A stretch of 64,000 nucleotides of DNA from the NCBI GenBank assembly GCA_015233115.1, contig JADFYJ010000010.1, forward strand, positions 5,083-69,082, read 5' to 3'. Below, one piece after another: positions 29,250 through 38,900 of the stretch. Source of the stretch: Candidatus Omnitrophota bacterium. Lineage in GTDB: Bacteria; Omnitrophota; Gorgyraeia; Zapsychrales; Zapsychraceae. Under the pieces are notes generated by a model. That model had not been told where the DNA came from, ran no database searches, and was given only the letters and a program-made list of their open reading frames with translations. The stretch's first letter is position 1; every line of letters starts with the position of its first letter. Position numbers and translations under genes: made by a program.

Positions 29250-30623
29250 CTATTCTTTAAAACTCACTTTTCCAGACCGGATAATATCTGAATATTTTTG
29301 TGCTGATGGCCGGATTGTCCGCTCCTGCGTCGCATAATTTACTTCGATCAATCCAAAACGAGGACTAAATCCTTCTGCCCATTCATAATTATCCATTAAT
29401 GACCAATAAAGATAACCGAAGACTGAAACTCCCTCTTTCATCGCCTGGGCTGTAGCTCGAAGGTGTGCTGTAATAAACTCTGCCCGCTGAGTATCATCAT
29501 TTGTACAAATACCATTTTCCGAAATTAAAAGCGGCAGTTTATATCGGGAAAATTCTTTCAAAAACGTATAAAGTCCCTGCGGATAAATTTCCCAACCTAA
29601 ACCATTTCTCTGACCTTGAAGATTTTTTATTAAGCATTCATTTCCTAAAATATCCGGAAGCAAAAACCCCCGGCTACGAACATATTCCCGGGTATAATAA
29701 TTCAAACCAATAAAATCCAAAGTTCTGGCTCGGGGAAGACGCACCTTGAAAAGCCCCAGTACTTTGACTTTTCCCTTGATTAACGCTTCAACAAATAAAT
29801 GATTAATCACCTGACTTCTTACCCGCGCGGAAAGCCGATCCCACATTGAAAAACCTGAACACGGCTCGAATAAAACCACTTGTTGGGCTATTCCCACCAT
29901 GGGATGCTTCCATCCCTTTAGAACATAAATTTTTTTGATCTTTTCATAGGCCATAACATGGGCTTTAGCTAAATTTCGAACCACTTGAAATGCCTTTTGG
30001 TTTGATTTCTCCCCCGGTGGCCACTGTCCGGTCATATACCCTTTATAGGCATACACAGCGGGTTCATTTAACGTAATCCAATACTTTACATCGCCGCCTA
30101 AAGCTTCAATCGCGATTTGAGTATATCGGGCAAAAAGTTCTGGACTATTATCCGCAAGCCAGCCTCCCTGATTCGCCAACCATAAAGGAATCGTAAAATG
30201 ATTGAGCGTGATGATGGGCTCCATTCCCTTAGTTTTTAAAGAAAGGATCATTTGGCGGTAATGATCAAGTGCAGCTTGGTCGAACTGACCGGGAAAAGGT
30301 TCAATCCGGCTCCATTCCAAAGAAAAACGATACGCTGTTAATCCTAACTTTTGTGCCAATAGGAAATCGCTCTCAAAACGGTTCCATTCATCACACGCCA
30401 CGCCGGAACGCATCGCCGCCGGTATATGCTGTTCCCATTGCCACCAATCATTATGAGTATTATTACCTTCAACCTGGTGAGATGATGTGCCCGCTCCCCA
30501 CAAAAAATTTTGAGGGAAAGTAAATTCCTGCGGTACTTTTTCTCTTATTGTTTTTTGAGTGCCTGCACAACCTTGTCCCAAAACAACAAAAAAAACTAAA
30601 ACAAGGGCAGTTATCCTTCTCAT
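29250..30623 (-). CDS. Secreted glycoside hydrolase family 1 (beta-glucosidase or beta-galactosidase type). The likely start is MRRITALV at 30623, overlapping the upstream gene stop (TAATG).
   Basis: GH1 signatures are present: YRFSLEWSRIEP, WITLNEP (acid/base Glu) and LISENG (nucleophile Glu). N-terminal signal peptide. Confidence 0.85.
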   Translation of the reverse strand: MRRITALVLVFFVVLGQGCAGTQKTIREKVPQEFTFPQNFLWGAGTSSHQVEGNNTHNDWWQWEQHIPAAMRSGVACDEWNRFESDFLLAQKLGLTAYRFSLEWSRIEPFPGQFDQAALDHYRQMILSLKTKGMEPIITLNHFTIPLWLANQGGWLADNSPELFARYTQIAIEALGGDVKYWITLNEPAVYAYKGYMTGQWPPGEKSNQKAFQVVRNLAKAHVMAYEKIKKIYVLKGWKHPMVGIAQQVVLFEPCSGFSMWDRLSARVRSQVINHLFVEALIKGKVKVLGLFKVRLPRARTLDFIGLNYYTREYVRSRGFLLPDILGNECLIKNLQGQRNGLGWEIYPQGLYTFLKEFSRYKLPLLISENGICTNDDTQRAEFITAHLRATAQAMKEGVSVFGYLYWSLMDNYEWAEGFSPRFGLIEVNYATQERTIRPSAQKYSDIIRSGKVSFKE

Positions 30624-31282
30624 TATTGTGAGGTAGTTACCGTCGTAGTTGTGGTTGTGGTACTCGTCCCTTTCGGTAAATACATTGTAATGGAACGGGC
30701 CCATTGTTTTCCATCTTTAACCACAAATTCAATCTTGACGACATTACCCGGCTTCAGGTTTAATTGAACAGGCTGGCTGCTAGGACTTTGCATGACGATA
30801 ATATCTTTAGGTTCAAAAGCGAATGAAGACAGACTATTTTCGCCCTCTTCACCTGCGCCTGGTCTCTCTGTCAACGTCAATGTTCCAGCCGCAAGATCTA
30901 TGGACTGAATTGCGCCATAGGCTATTTGAAATTCAGATGTGGTTCTGGGTTCCGTCGTAATTTTTTGGACAATCTTCTCTTCTTTCCCATAAATCACATC
31001 AACTGTCACATGTTGTCCCGGCTGTAAGTCCTTAATTGAAAGAAACTTCTTATCCGACGGATCTGTAACGCGCGTTTCATTCTCGGTAATTCGGTACTCG
31101 CTTATTTCACCCTTGTTAGGAGGCGCGTCTTTAAGCTGCAGTTTGCCGAGCTTAGTATCTATCCAGGTGATTTCTCCTGACACGTGATGCACAGACTCAT
31201 TCGCTGCCGCGCATATAGAAACTCCAGTCAATAACACCCCAGCCGTAACCGCAAAAAACATTTTAAAATAATTTATGTTCAT
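30623..31282 (-). CDS. Secreted protein of unknown function with a poly-Thr C-terminus (TSTTTTTTTVTTSQ).
   Basis: Signal peptide. No recognisable catalytic motif. Confidence 0.4.
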   Translation of the reverse strand: MNINYFKMFFAVTAGVLLTGVSICAAANESVHHVSGEITWIDTKLGKLQLKDAPPNKGEISEYRITENETRVTDPSDKKFLSIKDLQPGQHVTVDVIYGKEEKIVQKITTEPRTTSEFQIAYGAIQSIDLAAGTLTLTERPGAGEEGENSLSSFAFEPKDIIVMQSPSSQPVQLNLKPGNVVKIEFVVKDGKQWARSITMYLPKGTSTTTTTTTVTTSQ

Positions 31283-31302
31283 AGTCTTTTCCTTTCTTTT
31301 TA

Positions 31303-31563
31303 TTAGAACTTTAATTTAACTTGGCCTTCCCCTTTATCCTGAGCTTTATCCGCGTTCTTTTTTGTTTCTATCTCATTTTTAGCTCTAGTCTCTTTGTTCT
31401 CTTGATTGTTGATCACATCCCCATCGGTGTTTATTTTTCCATTGTCGCCTGTCTGCTCATTCACTGATCCCTTAGGATCTAGCACCCTCATCTCATCAGC
31501 AAAAACTAACACCGAAGTAGAAAACAATAAAACTGCTGTAATAATCATGAATGGCTTGTTCAT
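31303..31563 (-). CDS. Small secreted acidic/lysine-rich protein (86 aa).
   Basis: Signal peptide MNKPFMIITAVLLFSTSVLVFA. Low-complexity body. Confidence 0.35.
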   Translation of the reverse strand: MNKPFMIITAVLLFSTSVLVFADEMRVLDPKGSVNEQTGDNGKINTDGDVINNQENKETRAKNEIETKKNADKAQDKGEGQVKLKF

Positions 31564-31584
31564 TTCTTTCCCCTTTCTTACCCC

Positions 31585-32205
31585 TTACCGCCCATACAAA
31601 GCCCGTAATTGCTCGACGGATGGCATGTTAGGATAATATTCGCCCTGCGGGCCGATAAAACCACTTCCCGACCTTTTTATATTGACTGCCGTATACCCGC
31701 CTCGTGAGTTAGGAATATTTATCGTCAAATAATCCGCAGATTGTTGCATGTGTGGTGAGCCCTGAACAGGCGGTTGAACAACAATATACGAGCCATCAGG
31801 TAATTGCTGATAGTACACATTTTTGTCATAGTAGTAAGAATCATTATCAACAACAACAGTTGTGTGCCGAGGCGGCAAAGACTCTACTAAAGCTCCAATG
31901 ACGAGACCAGAAACCGCAAATTCCCATCCAAACCAACCCCTTTTGTACCACCGGCCCTCACGGTAGTGATACCGCTCTCCATGATTATATTGCCGGTTGT
32001 TTTCCCGGCTGATTCCCCGGTTATCCCGATTATCCGCCCGCTTAACGCCCCACTGGTCTTGTCGGTTATTATCTTTTTGGTCTTCTCGATCATTTTCCTT
32101 TTGGTTTCCGCGGTTGTCATGACTCTGCGCCAAAACACCCGAACATGACAAGGTCGTTGCCAAAACAAAAATTAAAAACACTCTACCCTTTATATTATAT
32201 TTCAT
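31585..32205 (-). CDS. Secreted/membrane protein with a low-complexity DNR/Q-rich region (DNRGNQKENDREDQKDNNRQDQW...), one TM helix and a C-terminal Y-rich domain. The likely start is MKYNIKG at 32205.
   Basis: Signal peptide followed by a D/N/R/Q repeat region. The track ORF extends to 32253, but the start chosen here avoids the SOD gene. Confidence 0.35.
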   Translation of the reverse strand: MKYNIKGRVFLIFVLATTLSCSGVLAQSHDNRGNQKENDREDQKDNNRQDQWGVKRADNRDNRGISRENNRQYNHGERYHYREGRWYKRGWFGWEFAVSGLVIGALVESLPPRHTTVVVDNDSYYYDKNVYYQQLPDGSYIVVQPPVQGSPHMQQSADYLTINIPNSRGGYTAVNIKRSGSGFIGPQGEYYPNMPSVEQLRALYGR

Positions 32206-32216
32206 TTTTTTCTCTC

Positions 32217-32843
32217 CTATTGTTTCCCCAGGTTGTCCGAAGCAAAATTCCAATTGATTAATTTATCCAAAACAGCCGTCACATAATCTCCCCGTAAATT
32301 TTGATAGTCCAGGTAATACGCGTGTTCCCACACATCAATGGTTAATAGCGGCTTCATGCCCTTGACCAGCGGCAAATCCGCATTACTGGTTTTAACCACC
32401 TTAATTTTTCCTCCATCCACGACCAGCCATGCCCAACCGCTGCCGAACTGAGTTGTTGCCGCAGTCGCCAACTCTTTTTTGCAAGCTTCTAATGTACCGA
32501 AAGATTCTTCGATTTTTTGATGTAATGCGGAAGATGGTTTTCCTCCGCCCTTTGGGCTCAAACTCTTCCAATAAAACGCATGATTCCAGGCCTGCGCGGC
32601 ATTATTAAAAATCGGAGCCTTATCAATTTTACCGGCAGTTTCAGTTATAATTTTTTCTAGCGGCATATCTGAAAATTCTGCTCCCGCCACAAGTTTATTT
32701 AAATTATCGACGTAGGCTTTATGATGTTTACCATAGTGAAAACTCATTGTTTTTGCTGAAATAATCGGCTCTAACGCATTTTCCGGGTAAGGCAAAGCCG
32801 GCAAAACATGCAAATATTTATTTTCTGCGTTTTTATCATTCAT
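32217..32843 (-). CDS. Fe/Mn-family superoxide dismutase.
   Basis: Metal-ligand motifs [24 protein letters not shown] and [13 protein letters not shown]. Confidence 0.9.
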   Translation of the reverse strand: MNDKNAENKYLHVLPALPYPENALEPIISAKTMSFHYGKHHKAYVDNLNKLVAGAEFSDMPLEKIITETAGKIDKAPIFNNAAQAWNHAFYWKSLSPKGGGKPSSALHQKIEESFGTLEACKKELATAATTQFGSGWAWLVVDGGKIKVVKTSNADLPLVKGMKPLLTIDVWEHAYYLDYQNLRGDYVTAVLDKLINWNFASDNLGKQ

Positions 32844-32945
32844 GGTCTTCTCCTTATGCTACTGGCTCACCACGGCGTTGATCCAGGGGTTCTTGTATGT
32901 ATTTTAACGATAAATTTAATTTTAAAAATTGGCTACATCAGCTAT

Positions 32946-35900
32946 TCATTGACTATTTTCCGCTATCATTCGAACCTCTACTCGGTGATCTTGATGATCA
33001 TCAATAAGTTCGATCATTTTATTCTCTTGTAGATGGCCATCTACTAAGACCCCAGCCAGACCGCTTCCCAGCAGGATCTGTGAAACTTCAATGTGATACA
33101 ACGTATCTCGATAACGGTAATGTATTTTGAATGTTTTCCATTCCGGAGGAAGACAGGGTTCTATTGATAATTGATTCACATTTAATCTTAAGCCCAAAAG
33201 AAACTCCAGGAGTAATCGGTACATCCAGCCCGCTGACCCGGTATACCAGGTCCAACCGCCGCGGCCCACATGAGGAGCAACCGCGTAAACATCTGCCGCA
33301 ACCACGTAAGGCTCCACTTTATATATATTAATTTCTTCCAAAGATTTTCCGTGATTGACGGGATTGATCATATCCAGAAGTTCCCAAGCCATACGGCTAT
33401 CCCCAAGCCGGGCAAAAGCCATAGCCGCCCAAATGGCCGCATGAGTATATTGCCCGCCATTTTCCCTCACACCTGGAACATAGCCCTTGATATAGCCCGG
33501 GTTCATTCCAGATTTATCGAATGGCGGATCAAGCAGTTGAATAATCTGTGTATCCCGGTGGACCAAACGCTGATTAAGAGACGTCATGGCCTTCCGGCCG
33601 CGGTCAGGATCAGCTGCCCCAGAAAGAACAGACCAGCTTTGCGCGATAGAATCAATCTGGCATTCAGAATTACCTGCTGACCCCAGAAGGGCCCCATCAT
33701 CAAAATACGCGCGTCTGTACCATTCTCCGTCCCACCCGTTTTTCTCAATATTTTGCTTTAGTTGAATCAATTGAGCGCGGCAAATTTCCACAAAAGCACT
33801 ATCATCGCGCAGCTGGGCCATTTTAATAAATTGCGTCAACACATCATAAAGAAAAAATCCTAACCAAACACTTTCCCCCTTACCCTGCTGTCCGACACAA
33901 TTCATTCCGTCATTCCAGTCACAGGAACCCATGAGGGGTAATCCATGTTGCCCGATACTCAAACTTTTAATAATAGCCCGCTGGCAATGCTCATACAAAC
34001 TCACTTTTTCAGATGACTGTTTGGGCAAATCGTAATACGAATCTTCCTCTACGGTAACCATCCGACCGCGCAAAAAAGGAACCAACTCATCTAAGACACC
34101 CGTATCCCCTATGCTCAGGACATAATGGCACGTAGCGTATACTAACCAAAGATAATCATCTGAACAATGGGTGCGAACGCCTCTTCCCGAGGGAGGATGC
34201 CACCAGTGTTGGACATCACCTTCGAGGAATTGATGGGACGCGCACAAAAGTAAATGTTCGCGCATGAGGCGCGGTTCGCAATGGTTCAAAGCCATTACAT
34301 CCTGTAACTGATCTCGGAAACCAAACGCCCCGCCGGATTGATAATAACCGCTGCGCCCCCAGAGACGGCAGGCCAAAGTTTGATAAATCAACCAGCCGTT
34401 GGCCAGGACATTGAGCGATGAATCAGGTGTCTCTACCTGCACAGCACCAATCGTATGTGTCCAGTACTTATTCACAGCGTCTAAAGCTTCCTGCGCCCCC
34501 GATGACCCGCAAAAATTCCGCACCAGATTTTTGACCTGCTCAACATTGTGACCCGCTCCCAGAGTAAAAACAATTTCACGTTCTTCTCCATCCGCTAACT
34601 CAAACGGAACCTGAATCGCGGCGCAGGGATCTAAGGCCGAACCCGTTCGTCCAGAAAGATGAGCCCGTAATAACGCGTCCGGCTTATGAATTGATCCATT
34701 GCGCCCTAAAAATTCCGCTCGATCCGCGCATATGGTCCGGCCCATATCATTGGTCGAAAAAAACGCGATGATGTCAGAAAACTCCGAATTGTAAAAATTT
34801 CGGGCATAAATCGCTCCGTTTATAGGATCCACTTCCGTATGGACATGCATGACGGTCTTGGATCTCAAATCTCCCAGCACCCATTCCACATAACCTGTGG
34901 CAGAAAGCCGGCGAGGCCGTCCAGAAATATTCCGTATTTTAAGAACCGAAAATTTGACCGGTGACTCTAGCGCCACATAAACCCATAACTCTGAATGAAG
35001 CCCTCCTTCATCATGCTCAAAAACACTATAACCAAATCCGTGACGAATCAGATACGGGTGCCGGGAATGCACTGGTTGAGGCGCCGGAGACCAAACCTGC
35101 CCAGTTTCTTCATCCCGTAAATAAAAAGCCTCTCCCGTTAAATCGTTCACCGGATCATTATTCCAGGGACTCAAACGAAATTCATGAGCATTCTCGCTCC
35201 ACGTATAGGCCAATCCATTCTCGGAAATAATGGTGCCGAAATGCGCGTTCGCTAACACATTGACCCATGGGGCTGGAGTCACTTGATCTGATGAAAGACA
35301 AATGACATACTCTCGTCCATCCGGAGTAAACCCTCCTAATCCATTGAACAAAATTAAATCATGCCGCGTTTCACCCAAAGATGGGGCGATTGCCGGACGG
35401 AACGTTTTAACAGGAATAAACTGCTCAACAGGAAATTCACTAAAATTATGGCGATAAATTTGATTGGCCAATGTTCCCCTGCGGTCTGAAATAATGGCCC
35501 GAGCAACAGACTGAAACAAAATACGTTCTTCGTCGGATATTTGTTCAGCGGGCCGCACGAATATCTCGCCGGAATTATGCGCAATTTGAGACTGAACAGT
35601 CGCGCTAATCAATCCCATAATTTGTTCCTGTAATAACTGCCGATAACCCGAAAGAGCTTCATTCCAGATCACCAAATCAACAGCGAGCCCTTTTAACCGC
35701 CAATACGCGTGAGCCTGCACCATCTGCCTGACTATTTCAACATTGGCCAAATCTCCAATTTGCAAAATCACCATGGGCAGGTCACCAGAAATGGCCGATC
35801 CCCACAACCCGCTTTGACCACGGCGATTTTGAATAAGCACAGCAGGGTCCGCCCGGAGTGATGCATGGGCATAAATAATAAAACCCGCCAGATGCCCAAA

Positions 35901-38900
35901 AAGCTGGGCATCGGTTTCTGTCGCGTTGATCTGCCGCAAAACCACCTGACTGTGAGTCCAGGACAATTCAAAAACGCGGTCCGCGATACGCCAATCATGA
36001 TATTTTTCAATCAAACTTAAAGCTTTATCGCGCGTTTCACCCATGCCGTAAACCATATTAATAATAACGGTCTGTTCCGGTTCAAGGGACATCTGACCAC
36101 GGATCACTGTCACTGGATCCAGCACGGAGCCCTGGCTCCCGGAAAGATCATGAGACTGAGTCATTGCGTAAGGTTCAGCCAGATTATAACCGCGTCCGAT
36201 AAACTGCATACGGTCAGTTTCATAGGATACCTTTTGAATTTCAGCGTCATGCACGGACATTAAATGAAACATCCATGGCTCCTGTTCAGTAACAGACCTG
36301 GGACGACGAGAACACAAGATAGCCTGCTTTGATTTGATAATTTCAGTCTGCACAAAAAGATTACTAAACATTGGATGTAAGGCATCGGCCATATCCGGAG
36401 CCAGCACCACTTCTGAATAACTGGTCACCTCAATCACCCTCCTGCCCCGGGAACGATTGGTGATCCGCACTCGCCGCAGTTCTATATCATCTTCCGGTGA
36501 AACCACAATTTCCACATGAGTCTCCAATCCATAATCCCGCCGACGGAATTCGGCGCGTCCTTGTGAAAAAATAACTTCATAATTTTCCGGCTGTTTATGC
36601 GTGGGTTGATAGGCCGTCGACCAGAATTTTCCGCTTGCTATGTCGCGAATATAACAAAACACGCCCCAATTATCGCAAGTGGTGTCTTCCCGCCAACGGG
36701 TTACAGCCATATCCTTCCAGCGGCTGTAGCCTCCGCCCGCATTTGTTACCATGACATGATACCGGCCATTAGACAATAACTGTACTTCCGGAACCTGTGT
36801 ATGGGGACTTTTAAGTATGCGAACTGGCGACTGGGTTTCAGCGGCCAGCGCGCGAATATTGGAAAGTTCATTGACGTGAATATAAAATGGGATACTCTTA
36901 GGAATTCTCTCTTGAAGCAATAACATGTTAGCCTGAAAAAGCGGATCAGCTCTGAATCGTTTTTGCATAGGATGATCTAATAATACATATGCTAGAGCAA
37001 GTAAGCTCATCCCTTGATGGTGAGCCAAAAATGACCGGAGTATCGTACTCGACCTACCCCTCACCCGGCGTGATGGTGTATAATCAACCGCTTCATATAG
37101 ACCATACTGGCCCATCATCCCTTCACACGCTAGACGCTGTAAATTGAGACAAGCCGGTTCAGGCGTCACCATCAACGCCAGCAATGAAGCATAAGGCGCT
37201 ATAACCAAGTCTTCTGTTAATCCGCGCTTAAATCCTAATCCAGGAACACCAAACGCGCGATACTGGTAATTGAGATTCGCATCAATGGCATTATACCCAG
37301 ATTCCGAAATACCCCAAGCGACCCCAAACTGTTTTCCGTATTCAATTTGTCTTCCTACCGCGGCTTGATAAGTCTGTCCCAGCAGAGTATTTTCATACGT
37401 TGGCATGACCACCAACGGCATCAAGTATTCAAACATCGAACCGCTCCACGACAAAAGAGTTGGTTTTCCGCCGGAGGTAGTTAACAAACGTCCCAGGGCA
37501 AACCAGCTTTCCGAAGGCACTTGTCCCTGAGCGATCGCGGTAAAATAACATAATCTCGCTTCTGACGCCAAAAGATCATAAAATCCTGAATCTAATTTAC
37601 GTTCTTCCGAATAGTATCCTATAGATAACAATTTCCGTTTTACATCATAAAGAAAATCGTACTCCATCTGAGCAAAATCACCGGCTTGCCTAACTAAACG
37701 TTCAATATCGCTGATTCGTTTCAAAGCACGAGTACTTATCTCGCCTTCAACTTTTGTCAGCTCCCTAAGTGTTGGTATGCCCGTAATACCCGAATAATTT
37801 TTCGGAACCAAAAAGATTAAATCATCGAGTATATGCCGACATTGCTGAACCAGCTTTTGGGTCCACTCGATTGCTTCGGCCTCTGCGGATAGAGAAATTT
37901 TTGTATGAAATTCTTCGGCGTGCTGACCGAACGCTTCAAGCCACAATCGTACCTGCTCGAGTGTAGCCGGTTTAAATTCGTCAGCCGACTCTAAATCTTT
38001 TTCCAATTGATGAGTTGAAAACAAATTCATATCACCTATTGAATCCACCAAAACCAAAAACGTATCTTTCAAACTTTCCAGCCATCGCTCTCCTAAAATT
38101 TTGTCATCGCATAGAGCCAATAGTCCGGGCCGTAATGTCAAAAGAAAACCCGCCAGGTTGCCGCTGTCAACTGTTGAGATGTAGTTAGGAAGAAGCGGCT
38201 GCAAAGATTGTGTATCATACCAATTAAAAAAATGTCCGCGAAAACGTTTTAGCCCTGCCATGGAACGAAACGTATTTTCAGTTCGTTCCAGTAGCCTCTG
38301 CGCTGTCATGATACCAAAATCATACGCTGACAAATTAGCTAAAAGAGCCAGGCCGATATTGGTGGGTGAGGTGCGGTGTGAAATTTTAATCATCCGGGTT
38401 TCCTGGTAGTTATCAGGAGGAAGCCAGTGGTCTTCCTGCCCGACAAAGGTCTCAAAAAAATCCCAAATTTTCCGGGAAAGTTTTCGCAGAAAAAATAGTT
38501 GATTAGCGCTTAGTTTTACTTCCCTGCGGGGCATAAGCCGGCTGAGCCACCAGACACAAGCCGGTGATACCGCCCACAACAATAAAACAGGTCCGGCGAA
38601 CATCAAAGTGTGTGGCGCTGATCCGGCCAAATAAATAAACACCGAAACTGCTGTCACAGGAGCAATCCACATTAAAAGGAACGACCGAATCAAATCATTG
38701 CTGTCCCCATCCGTATCCGCATACAAATTCCATTCCAGAAACCGTTTATGAGTAATCAGCATCCGCACGACCGTACGCACGATCGCATCCAAAGTAAAAA
38801 AAGCTTCATAAGGAAGACATGCAACAGTAAAAGCCCTTTGAGCCAAACGCCCAGCCGCGGCCCGGAAGACTGTTTTTAAATGCTGTTTCCAGAAAACATC

